Shown here: positions 10,225 through 19,074 of the stretch, in pieces | How the letters are laid out: each line of letters opens with the position of its first letter | How positions within the stretch are numbered: the stretch's first letter is position 1 | NCBI GenBank assembly: GCA_902553315.1 | Contig: CACDKN010000001.1 | Span: forward strand, 216,145-280,144 | From: an uncultured SAR86 cluster bacterium | Lineage (GTDB): Bacteria > Pseudomonadota > Gammaproteobacteria > Magnimaribacterales > AG-339-G14 | DNA length: 64,000 nucleotides | Direction: 5' to 3' | Program-made: the position numbers and the translations under genes | Notes under the pieces: model-generated | The model's database searches: none | The model's input: the letters and a program-made list of their open reading frames with translations, nothing else | What the model was told of the DNA's origin: nothing

Positions 10225-11428
10225 TTTGTTGATTTTGAAGTGAAGCATCTCTCTCTCCAAAATCCCAACCAGATCCATTATTTTCGTAATTCTTGAGAAT
10301 TCTTTTAGCAACAGACTGTATATGGACCTCATCTGGCCCATCATAAATCCTAGCCTCTCTAGCATGTCTATACATTAAGCTTAGAGGCGTATCATCTGTT
10401 AATCCTTTAGCACCATGTACCTGAATTGCCCTGTCAATTACGTTGTGAAGCATCTGTGCTCCTAATACTTTAATAAGTCCAATTTCTATTCTTGCATCGT
10501 CTCCTTGATCTATTCTTTTTGCAGCATCAAGAGTAAGTTGTCTAGACGATTGAATTTCACACGCACTATCAAAAACAAATTTCTGAAGGAGCTGCTTTTG
10601 AGTTAATGAAGTTCCAAAAGTTTCTCTTTCATGCATTCTTGAACAAAGTAAATCAAATGCTCTTTGGGCTTGGCCCAGCCATCTCATGCAGTGAAAAATT
10701 CTTCCTGGGCCCAGTCGTTTTTGAGCTATTAAAAATCCATGTCCCCTAGGACCAAGTAAATTTTCCTCTGGAACTTCTACGTTGTCATATTCAACCTCAT
10801 AGTGGCCGCCATTTATCCCAAGAACAGGAGTTTCTCTAATGATTTTATAACCAGGATTATCAGTTGGAACAATTATCATGCTAAAGGCTCCATGACCTGG
10901 AGAGTCTAATTCAGTTTTGCACATAACCGTTGTATAGGCCGCTCTAGAAGCACCCGTGGTGAACCATTTCCTTCCGTTAATTCGCCATACGCCATTTTCT
11001 AAGACAGCTGTTGTTTTAAGTTGCGTAGGATCGGAACTAGCAACATCTGGCTCTGTCATTCCAAAACTTGGAAATATTTCACCTTTGATCAATGGTTCAA
11101 GGTATTTCTCTCTCCAATTATCGGATGCAAACTCTCTTAACATGATTGAATCTTGAAGGGATACTGTTCCAAGACCTACGTTTGCATAAGCTGATCTTCC
11201 AATAACTTCATTGACATAGACGTATTCCATAAATGGCATGCCCCCGCCACCGATGTCTTTTGGATGCCCTAAGGCCCAAATATTTTCATCCTTAGCCATT
11301 TGAGTAATACTTTTCAGTATTTTTTGAGATTCTTTTGAATTATTGGCTAATATGTCTTCGACCGGATAGATCTCTTCTTCTATAAAACTTTTTACTTTAG
11401 ATCTAATTTTGGTCCAATCGTTTTTCAT
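10217..11428 (-). CDS. acyl-CoA dehydrogenase family protein (ACAD10/11-like subtype)
   Basis: 403 aa with full ACAD N/M/C domain layout (GMTEPDVASSD, WFTTGA, QVHGAKG). Confidence 0.85.
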   Translation of the reverse strand: MKNDWTKIRSKVKSFIEEEIYPVEDILANNSKESQKILKSITQMAKDENIWALGHPKDIGGGGMPFMEYVYVNEVIGRSAYANVGLGTVSLQDSIMLREFASDNWREKYLEPLIKGEIFPSFGMTEPDVASSDPTQLKTTAVLENGVWRINGRKWFTTGASRAAYTTVMCKTELDSPGHGAFSMIIVPTDNPGYKIIRETPVLGINGGHYEVEYDNVEVPEENLLGPRGHGFLIAQKRLGPGRIFHCMRWLGQAQRAFDLLCSRMHERETFGTSLTQKQLLQKFVFDSACEIQSSRQLTLDAAKRIDQGDDARIEIGLIKVLGAQMLHNVIDRAIQVHGAKGLTDDTPLSLMYRHAREARIYDGPDEVHIQSVAKRILKNYENNGSGWDFGERDASLQNQQNG

Positions 11429-11434
11429 TTAAAA

Positions 11435-12523
11435 TCAGCCTTTAGAGAATTCTTTAACAGCTTTCCATACTCTGAGAATATTTCCATTCAGAATTTGGTC
11501 TATTTCGCTCTCAGAATAACCTCTTACAAGAAGCTCTTCGATAAGATTTGGAAACTTAGACACATCATTAATGTCTTCAGGTAAAGGGACTTCACCATCA
11601 AAATCAGAACCTAAACCGACATGATCAATACCAACAAGATTTTTTACACGATCAATATTGTCTACTACATTTTTTACAGTCACTATCATGTCAGGATTTG
11701 ATTTTGTATCTGCTACAAAATCAGAGCCGAAGCAAATTTGTAGCACTCCATTGTTTTTAGCCAAAGCAATTAGCATCTCGTCTGAAACATTTCTCTCCCA
11801 ACCAGGCGTAAAATGTCTTAAAGAACTATGTGTCGCTATAACTGGAGTTTCGCTAATTTCTAAAACCTTCATGAATGCGGCATCCGAGACGTGAGATATA
11901 TCAATCATTACCCCTTGCTTATTCATTTCTTTGACAACTTCAAATCCAAAAGGACTGAGACCGTCTTTCCATCTCTTGTTTTCATCGTATGAACTATCGG
12001 ATATGTGATTACTCTTAGAATGCGCTAAGGTAATGTAATTTACTCCGAGATCAGCAAAATATTTTATGTTTTCTAACTTTCCTTCTATTGGAGCTCCATT
12101 TTCGATTCCATAGGCAATTCCTACTAAATTTTTATTCTTCTCTAAAATACTAATATCAGACGGATCTTTTATAAAAGTGAATTTATCCGAATTGTCTGAA
12201 ATAATTTTGTTCATCATTTCTATTAATTCTACAGCTAAGTCGAAAGAGGTGCCTTCTGGTTCAGTGCTTGCTGGAATATAAATTGCAAAAAAAGGAAGAT
12301 TTAGACCACCCTCTATGGCTCTTGGATAATCAAAGTGATAGGAAGAAATTTTTGTTATGTCGTCGCTTACACCGGTATTATTTTTTTGACGCCAAATCTG
12401 AAAGGGAGTGTCAATATGGGAATCTATGATAATTTTATTTTGACTATACTCTTTTGCTTTTTGACTTAAATCTTCTGCGCAAGAGACTAATAAAATGATT
12501 AAAAAAATGAAAATTTTTTTCAT
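11435..12523 (-). CDS. membrane dipeptidase (peptidase M19), lipoprotein
   Basis: 362 aa with lipobox LLVSCAE. IIDSHIDTP, HSKSNH and the GLGSDFDG motif are typical of the renal-dipeptidase family. Confidence 0.8.
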   Translation of the reverse strand: MKKIFIFLIILLVSCAEDLSQKAKEYSQNKIIIDSHIDTPFQIWRQKNNTGVSDDITKISSYHFDYPRAIEGGLNLPFFAIYIPASTEPEGTSFDLAVELIEMMNKIISDNSDKFTFIKDPSDISILEKNKNLVGIAYGIENGAPIEGKLENIKYFADLGVNYITLAHSKSNHISDSSYDENKRWKDGLSPFGFEVVKEMNKQGVMIDISHVSDAAFMKVLEISETPVIATHSSLRHFTPGWERNVSDEMLIALAKNNGVLQICFGSDFVADTKSNPDMIVTVKNVVDNIDRVKNLVGIDHVGLGSDFDGEVPLPEDINDVSKFPNLIEELLVRGYSESEIDQILNGNILRVWKAVKEFSKG

Positions 12524-12566
12524 AGCTATTTTTTAATATAACAAAAAAACTTTTGTTTCGTTAGAA

Positions 12567-13928
12567 CTAAAAGATTAATTCTGGCAACAATGTAGCTAGA
12601 AAAGGAAAATAAGCAACTAAACACAAAACCAAAATTTGAATCAAAATAAAAGGAAAAACGCCTTTGTACATTGACTCAGTACTAATAGTTTCCGGAGTTA
12701 CGCTTCTTAAATAAAATAAAGCAAATCCAAAGGGAGGGGTAAGAAAAGATGTTTGCAGATTGATTGCGAGCATCACTCCTAACCAGAGAGGATCAGCCCC
12801 CATAGCCATCAAGATCGGCCCAACGATTGGCACAACTATAAAAGTAATTTCAATGAAGTCTAAAATAAATCCTAAGACAAAAACTAAAAGCATTACTAAA
12901 AACATTGAACCAAACAATCCGCCAGGTATTGCATTGAAAATTTCAGTTATCAGTTCTTCACCTCCCAGTCCTCTGAAAACTAAAGAAAAAATTGACGCTC
13001 CAATTAAAATTAAGAAAACCATAGAAGATATAAAAGCACTTTGGGTAGTAGATTCTTTAAAAATTTTAAAATTTAATTTTTTGTGAATTAAAGCAATAAA
13101 TATAGCTCCCAAAGCTCCTATGCCAGCAGCTTCTGTGGGAGAAGCAATGCCAGTAATAATTGATCCCAGAACAGCAAAAATAAGAAAGAAAGGAGGGATC
13201 AGTGTTGAGATTAGTTCAAAAAAGTTTTCGTGTTTTTGATTTTCATCTAAAGTTAAGACTTCCTTTTTTAAGGATAAAACAAAATAGAGACCGTATAAAA
13301 ATACTAAAATTAAACCAGGTATTATAGCTGCCATAAATAAATCACCAACCGAAAGAGATTTAGCTACGTAGTTACCAATCTTTAACTGAGATTGTTGATA
13401 AGCAGTGGCTAATACGTCTCCCAATATTACCAATGCAATTGATGGTGGAATTATTTGCCCTAAGGTTCCTGTTGCAGCAATGAGGCCGGTAGATACTTTT
13501 TCAGAATAACCCCTTGCTAACATTGCGGGCAAAGATATTAAGCCCATAGCTATTACTGTTGCGCCAACAATTCCTGTACTAGCAGCAAGTAAAGTTCCAA
13601 CAAACAAGATAGAAATTCCAAGACCACTTTTATATCTACTGAACAAGTTAGACATGGAAGTTAACAACAGCTCAGCAACTTTAGATTTCTCTAAAATAAC
13701 ACCCATAAATACAAATAATGGCACGGCAACGAGCGTTGCATTTGTCATAATCCCAAAAAGTCTATTTGGCATTGTTTCAAGCAAGTTTATTTCAAAGGCT
13801 CCAAAAATACTTGCTACGAAAGCGAAAAGGATTGAAACACCTCCCAAAGTAAAGGCAACTGGGAATCCTAAGAGAAGAGTCAAACAAATTACAAAAAATA
13901 ATAACAGCGGGAGAAGTTCAATCATCAT
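12567..13928 (-). CDS. TRAP transporter large permease (DctM)
   Basis: 453 aa, polytopic, with a DctM-type sequence. It overlaps the small-permease gene by 11 nt. Confidence 0.85.
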   Translation of the reverse strand: MMIELLPLLLFFVICLTLLLGFPVAFTLGGVSILFAFVASIFGAFEINLLETMPNRLFGIMTNATLVAVPLFVFMGVILEKSKVAELLLTSMSNLFSRYKSGLGISILFVGTLLAASTGIVGATVIAMGLISLPAMLARGYSEKVSTGLIAATGTLGQIIPPSIALVILGDVLATAYQQSQLKIGNYVAKSLSVGDLFMAAIIPGLILVFLYGLYFVLSLKKEVLTLDENQKHENFFELISTLIPPFFLIFAVLGSIITGIASPTEAAGIGALGAIFIALIHKKLNFKIFKESTTQSAFISSMVFLILIGASIFSLVFRGLGGEELITEIFNAIPGGLFGSMFLVMLLVFVLGFILDFIEITFIVVPIVGPILMAMGADPLWLGVMLAINLQTSFLTPPFGFALFYLRSVTPETISTESMYKGVFPFILIQILVLCLVAYFPFLATLLPELIF

Positions 13929-14421
13929 TAAAGTAAGAAAGAATATTTGCGAAACTTTGCATAATTAGCAGAACGGCAGAAACTAGAATAATTGATTTAT
14001 AAAGGTATACAAATGGCAAACCTCCAGGTTCAGCAGAAGTTTCTTTTATCAACCAAGAAAATGAAACGTAATCGATTGATAAAATGAAAATGACCCACAA
14101 CATTGGTTGTAAGAAAAAAATATTTCCAAAAAGATTAATAATTTTTTTTCTTCTTTTGGAAAATTTTCTATAAAAGATATCAACCCTTACATGTTGATCT
14201 TTCTTTAAAGCATATGCAGCACAAACTAGGAAAGTGATCCCGTGACAATAAATTATAAGCTCCTGCAGGCTCAATATTCCAATCCCAAAAACATATCTAG
14301 ATACAACAACGTATGCTGTCAAAAAGATCATAAGAACCATAAACCAGGTACTTACCTTGCCAAGAATAGAGGGAAAAAATATTAGTATAGATTGGCAAAT
14401 TTGGTTAATATTTTTTATCAT
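13918..14421 (-). CDS. TRAP transporter small permease (DctQ)
   Basis: 167 aa with 4 TM segments, immediately upstream of and overlapping DctM. Confidence 0.7.
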   Translation of the reverse strand: MIKNINQICQSILIFFPSILGKVSTWFMVLMIFLTAYVVVSRYVFGIGILSLQELIIYCHGITFLVCAAYALKKDQHVRVDIFYRKFSKRRKKIINLFGNIFFLQPMLWVIFILSIDYVSFSWLIKETSAEPGGLPFVYLYKSIILVSAVLLIMQSFANILSYFNDD

Positions 14422-14442
14422 TATTAAAATCTTAATATAAAC

Positions 14443-15216
14443 ATGTTAGTAGTTATATCACCAGCTAAGACTCTAGATTATTCTCCTTTGAAAGAATCTA
14501 TTGGTTTTTCTGAACCTTTGTTTATAGATAAAACAGAATCTCTAGTCAAAGAAATGCGAAATTATGACCCCGATATGCTTTCATCACTAATGAAAATTAG
14601 TGAAAATTTAGGTTTTTTAAATTTTGAAAGGTTTCAAACCTGGAAACAAGATTCGGCTCCTGGAGTTGATTCAAAACAATCTGTTTTTGCTTTTCAAGGA
14701 GATGTTTATAAAGGCCTAGATATTTCTTCTTTAGACGAGGATGTTGTTAATTACTCTCAAAAATATCTAAGAATCTTGTCTGGTCTTTATGGACTTTTAA
14801 AACCTTTAGATTTGATAGCTCCTTATCGCTTGGAGATGGGTACTAAATTAAAGATTGGAGATTCTTCAAATCTTTATGAGTTTTGGAAGCCATATTTGAC
14901 CAATGCCATTAACAAAGATTTAAGGATTCAAAAAACTAATTTTTTAATTAATTTAGCTTCAAATGAATACTTTTCTGTACTAGATCCTAATAATGTTGAG
15001 GCTGAAATTATTTCTCCTGTTTTTAAAGATTTTAAAAATGGTGACTACAAAATCATCAGCTTTCACGCCAAAAAGGCAAGAGGACTCATGACTAGATTTA
15101 TTATGACCAATAATATTAAAGACCCAACAGATATAAAACAGTTTGATTATGAAGGTTATAAGTTCTCTTCCAAATTTTCTAAAGACAATTCCCCAGTTTT
15201 TTTGAGGAAGCTTTAA
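14443..15216 (+). CDS. yaaA: peroxide stress protein YaaA (UPF0246)
   Basis: 257 aa. The N-terminal MLVVISPAKTLD is diagnostic of the YaaA family. Confidence 0.85.
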   Translation: MLVVISPAKTLDYSPLKESIGFSEPLFIDKTESLVKEMRNYDPDMLSSLMKISENLGFLNFERFQTWKQDSAPGVDSKQSVFAFQGDVYKGLDISSLDEDVVNYSQKYLRILSGLYGLLKPLDLIAPYRLEMGTKLKIGDSSNLYEFWKPYLTNAINKDLRIQKTNFLINLASNEYFSVLDPNNVEAEIISPVFKDFKNGDYKIISFHAKKARGLMTRFIMTNNIKDPTDIKQFDYEGYKFSSKFSKDNSPVFLRKL

Positions 15217-15221
15217 ATTTC

Positions 15222-16085
15222 TTAGGATTTATTATTTTTTCCGTACTCTTTAATCTCTAAAATATCTTCGAATTCAGGTTCTCTTTTCTCTACCCTAGAC
15301 ATCATGGCTTCAGCCATATCTTCTTGAGGAAGCATGGCTCCGCTCCAAAGTGCATTATATTCAAGACCATCTGATATTGAATGATCACGTGAAAAGTTTA
15401 ATACAGCTTTGGTTCCATAGACTGCTAAAGGACTTTTAGAAGCAATCTCATTTGCCATTTCTTGAATTCCTTCTAACATGGATTCATGAGTCTCAAATAC
15501 TTTGTTAACTAAACCGCATTCTAAAGATTCTTCGGCATACATTCTTCTTCCTGTGTAGGCCAGTTCTCTGACTTTTCCTTCTGGAACAACTCTAGGCAAA
15601 CGCTGGAGAGTACCAATATCAGCAGCCATACCAATATTTACTTCTTGGATACAGAAAAATGCATCTTTGCTTGCAAATCTTATATCTGCTGCAGTTGCCA
15701 TATCCAGTCCTCCTCCGATGCAGCCACCTTGGATTCCGCAGAGCACAGGAATTCTTAATTTCTCTAATTTTGTTAAATTTTCTTGAAGTTCCATGGCAAC
15801 TCTATATAAACCTTCACCAATTCTTGCTTTGTCTGGTCTGTTATCTTTTTTTGCTTCTCCTGTCCCGAGTGTTCCAAAATTTGCAAGATCCATTCCTGCA
15901 CAAAAATGTTTTCCGGTAGATGAAAGAACTAAAACTCTTAAGGATGTATCTTTCCTAATTTCATCAAGAACTCTTGGCAGCTCGTACCAAAAATTAAGAG
16001 TCATCTTGTTGAATTCCTCACCTCTATTTAACTTTAGGTGACCAATTCCATTTTCTTTTTTGAAATCAAAACTTTCGTAAGTCAT
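15222..16085 (-). CDS. enoyl-CoA hydratase/isomerase (crotonase) family, dienoyl-CoA-isomerase-like
   Basis: 287 aa. Crotonase-fold motifs FCAGMDL and GGCIGGGLDM. Confidence 0.8.
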   Translation of the reverse strand: MTYESFDFKKENGIGHLKLNRGEEFNKMTLNFWYELPRVLDEIRKDTSLRVLVLSSTGKHFCAGMDLANFGTLGTGEAKKDNRPDKARIGEGLYRVAMELQENLTKLEKLRIPVLCGIQGGCIGGGLDMATAADIRFASKDAFFCIQEVNIGMAADIGTLQRLPRVVPEGKVRELAYTGRRMYAEESLECGLVNKVFETHESMLEGIQEMANEIASKSPLAVYGTKAVLNFSRDHSISDGLEYNALWSGAMLPQEDMAEAMMSRVEKREPEFEDILEIKEYGKNNKS

Positions 16086-16094
16086 TTAATTCTC

Positions 16095-16268
16095 CTACTC
16101 TTTCGTCTTTAAATCTTCGACTAAGCTGTCAGCTATGTCCTCTAATTCATCTATTAAATCATAAGAACTATGATAAGGAAGGACAACTTTTCTACTTTTT
16201 TTACTGAGTCTTTTGAGACCTTTAGAAATTTCTTCAGCTTTTTTAACTAATTCTCTTTCGTTTTCCAT
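16095..16268 (-). CDS. hypothetical 57-aa charged protein
   Basis: Below the track cut-off. Hand translation gives MENERELVKKAEEISKGLKRLSKKSRKVVLPYHSSYDLIDELEDIADSLVEDLKTKE. The stop lies 9 nt before the hydratase ATG, with AGGAG in between. Confidence 0.25.
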   Translation of the reverse strand: MENERELVKKAEEISKGLKRLSKKSRKVVLPYHSSYDLIDELEDIADSLVEDLKTKE

Positions 16269-16335
16269 AGTTCACTTATAATTAAAACATAATTGTAAAT
16301 TAATTAGATTATTTTTAAAGTTAGCATTTATATCC

Positions 16336-17145
16336 ATGGAAATCTCCAAGCTAGAACAACCCATATATAAAATTTTAAAAAAAGCTTCGTTAATTGCTAA
16401 AAAATACTTTGAAAACAGAAAATCTCTTAACGTTCAAAACAAAAAAGATTTTTCCCCCGTTTCTGAAGCTGACCTTAAAATAAACGATTTTCTTGTCTCG
16501 AAAGTATCAAAACTAACTCCTGGAATAAAAATTTTGTCGGAGGAAAATGAATCTCAACCTAATAACTTTAATGAAAAATATTTCTGGCTGATCGATCCTT
16601 TAGACGGCACGAAAGAATTCATAAAGGGGTCTAAGAGCTTTTCGATTAACCTTGCCTTAGTTTTTGAAGAGAAGCCTATTTTTGGTGCAATTGCAAAGCC
16701 TTGTGAGGAGGAAATAATCATCGGCTCAGTTCATAATTCCGCTAAGTTATATAGAGAAGATATTTCTTGCAATTTACACCCTAGATCAATTGAGGAAAAA
16801 TGCATCGTTAGTGCCAGCGCTAGTCATTCAGATAAAGAAGAGGAAAAATTTTTTATTAAATTAAAAAAAGAGTTTAAAAAAGTTGATATTCTAAAAAAAG
16901 GAAGTTCTCTGAAATTTTGTGATTTAAGCAGCGGCATTAGTAATATTTACCCCAGGTTTGGACCAGTTTATCAATGGGATTTGGCAGCAGGGCAAGCTAT
17001 TATTGAGTCTCTGGAAGGTTCAATAATTTTTAAAAATTCCGAAGAGAGTGTTTATAAGTTTGATCCTTCGAGAAAAATTAATGGATTTATTGCAGTCTCG
17101 TCTAAAAAAGACGAAGAAATTATAAAAAAACTGTCGTTTTTTTAA
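16336..17145 (+). CDS. cysQ: 3'(2'),5'-bisphosphate nucleotidase / inositol monophosphatase family
   Basis: 269 aa with WLIDPLDGTKEF and the WD.AAG motif. Confidence 0.75.
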   Translation: MEISKLEQPIYKILKKASLIAKKYFENRKSLNVQNKKDFSPVSEADLKINDFLVSKVSKLTPGIKILSEENESQPNNFNEKYFWLIDPLDGTKEFIKGSKSFSINLALVFEEKPIFGAIAKPCEEEIIIGSVHNSAKLYREDISCNLHPRSIEEKCIVSASASHSDKEEEKFFIKLKKEFKKVDILKKGSSLKFCDLSSGISNIYPRFGPVYQWDLAAGQAIIESLEGSIIFKNSEESVYKFDPSRKINGFIAVSSKKDEEIIKKLSFF

Positions 17146-17214
17146 ATTTGTACCTTTTTTTTTTCAACTTAAGACTTTGTATATAATTTAATTTTTACTA
17201 TAAAATCCGCAATT

Positions 17215-18066
17215 ATGGGTAAAGAATTGCAACCTATGGACGTTTCAGCCCCAGGCCAAAATCTGGAGGCTTATTTATCGTCTGTTCAAAACATTGCCAT
17301 CCTGACTCCAGAAGAAGAAAAACGTCTTGCGGAAGATCTCTATTATAAGAATGATCTTGAAGCTGCGAGACAGCTAGTAATGGCACATCTAAGATTTGTT
17401 GTTCATATTGCAAGAGGTTACTCAGGGTACGGCCTTCCCCAAGCAGATCTTATCCAAGAGGGGAATGTAGGATTAATGAAAGCGGTCAGAAAATTCAACC
17501 CAGAAGTTGGGGTTAGATTGATTTCATTCGCTGTGCATTGGATAAAATCAGAAATGCATGAATACATCATTAAAAATTGGAAAATAGTTAAAGTCGCTAC
17601 AACAAAAGCACAAAGAAAGTTATTTTTTAATTTAAGAAGTCAAAAGAAAGAATTAAATTGGCTTACCGATGAAGAAATTAAGACTATATCAAATGAATTA
17701 GGGGTGGATGAAAAATCTGTCAAAGAAATGGAATCAAGGTTGTCTTCATCAGACATGTCTTTTGATCCGCCTACCGAAGCAAGTGATGATGAAGCTTCTT
17801 TTACGCCTTCCGGTTTCTTAGCTGATGAAACTAAAGATCCTGCTGATCTCATTGAAAAAGAAAATTCTGATGAATACAGCCATGAACTTCTTCACAAAGC
17901 TCTTTCTGCTTTGGATCCTAGAAGTAAAGAAATACTTATTGATAGATGGTTGCAAGATCAGAAACTTACACTTCATGAATTGGCAGATAAGTATGGAGTT
18001 AGTGCAGAAAGAATTAGGCAGATAGAAAAAGCTGCCATGGAAAAAGTAAAAAGTTACATTTCCTAA
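17215..18066 (+). CDS. rpoH: RNA polymerase sigma-32 heat-shock factor
   Basis: 283 aa. Contains the RpoH box region (VATTKAQRKLFFNLR) and sigma-70 regions 2 and 4. Confidence 0.9.
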   Translation: MGKELQPMDVSAPGQNLEAYLSSVQNIAILTPEEEKRLAEDLYYKNDLEAARQLVMAHLRFVVHIARGYSGYGLPQADLIQEGNVGLMKAVRKFNPEVGVRLISFAVHWIKSEMHEYIIKNWKIVKVATTKAQRKLFFNLRSQKKELNWLTDEEIKTISNELGVDEKSVKEMESRLSSSDMSFDPPTEASDDEASFTPSGFLADETKDPADLIEKENSDEYSHELLHKALSALDPRSKEILIDRWLQDQKLTLHELADKYGVSAERIRQIEKAAMEKVKSYIS

Positions 18067-18078
18067 ACTTTATTTTGA

Positions 18079-18288
18079 ATGAATGAATTAAGCATAGTCT
18101 TGAATGGCGAGTCGTTTAAATTAAACAAGCAAGTTTCTATAACTGAATTATTTAAAGTTTTAGATCTTTCAAGCAAATTTATGGCAGTCGAAATCAATGA
18201 CGAAATAATCTTCAGAAGCTCGTGGGATTCTTATCTCATCAATGAAAATGACAAGGTTGAACTGGTCAGGGCTATTGGGGGAGGGTAG
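18079..18288 (+). CDS. thiS: sulfur carrier protein ThiS
   Basis: 69 aa with a ubiquitin-like size and a C-terminal GGG end. It lies directly upstream of thiG. Confidence 0.85.
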   Translation: MNELSIVLNGESFKLNKQVSITELFKVLDLSSKFMAVEINDEIIFRSSWDSYLINENDKVELVRAIGGG

Positions 18289-19074
18289 TTGTCTAAACAA
18301 TCTTTTAAAATTGCAGGAAAAGATTATTCGTCAAGACTTTTAGTCGGTACAGGAAAATACAAAAACGAAGAAATTGCCTTTGAAGCCATTCAAGCCTCTG
18401 GCGCTGAAATTGTAACGGTTGCAGTTAGAAGAATTGAATTAGATTCAAAAAAAAGACTTGATTGCATTTTAAATTATATTTCCCCAAAAAAATTTACAAT
18501 TCTTCCAAACACAGCTGGATGTTTTAATGCAAAAGATGCTATCAGGGTTGCCAAATTAGGAAGAGAAATCTTGTCTGATTCAAATTTAGTTAAATTAGAA
18601 GTTCTATCAGATCCTAAATCATTGTTGCCAGTAATGGATGAAACGTTAGTAGCCGCTAAAGAACTGGTAAAGGATGGATTTGAGGTAATGGTTTATAGCA
18701 CCGATAATCTAGATTACGCCATGAAGTTAGAAGATCTTGGATGTGCAGCGGTTATGCCCTTAGCAGCCCCTATTGGCTCAGGTTTAGGTATAGTCAATCC
18801 AAATGCAATATCAAAAATAGTTGAAAAACTTTCTTGTCCAGTCTTGGTAGACGCTGGAATTGGCACTGCTTCTGAGGTTTCTCAGGCGATGGAACTTGGT
18901 TGTGACGGAGTGTTATTAAATACTGCAATTGCAAGAGCAAAAAATCCGGTACTAATGGCTGAAGCCATGAAAGAAGCTGCCATTTCAGGAAGGAAAGCTT
19001 TTCTTGCTGGAAGGATCCCTAAAATAGACAAAGGTTCTCCAAGCTCGCCAACTAAGGGAAGAATAAACTCTTGA
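18289..19074 (+). CDS. thiG: thiazole synthase
   Basis: 261 aa with a TTG start abutting the thiS stop. ThiG motifs LLVGTGKY and NTAGC. Confidence 0.9.
   Translation: MSKQSFKIAGKDYSSRLLVGTGKYKNEEIAFEAIQASGAEIVTVAVRRIELDSKKRLDCILNYISPKKFTILPNTAGCFNAKDAIRVAKLGREILSDSNLVKLEVLSDPKSLLPVMDETLVAAKELVKDGFEVMVYSTDNLDYAMKLEDLGCAAVMPLAAPIGSGLGIVNPNAISKIVEKLSCPVLVDAGIGTASEVSQAMELGCDGVLLNTAIARAKNPVLMAEAMKEAAISGRKAFLAGRIPKIDKGSPSSPTKGRINS

Noticed and set aside
9265-10365. Long N-terminal extensions in the track for the kinase (to 10365), MetW (to 20975) and ThyA (to 32851).
   Set aside because: The extensions overlap the upstream genes by 20-150 nt and add non-homologous residues. Internal ATGs give canonical N-termini ([25 protein letters not shown]) with the short overlaps typical of this genome.
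12760-13968. ORFs of 108 aa and 104 aa antisense to the TRAP DctM gene.
   Set aside because: They are entirely within a strongly supported polytopic permease gene on the other strand. Their K/I/P/T-rich sequence is low-complexity.
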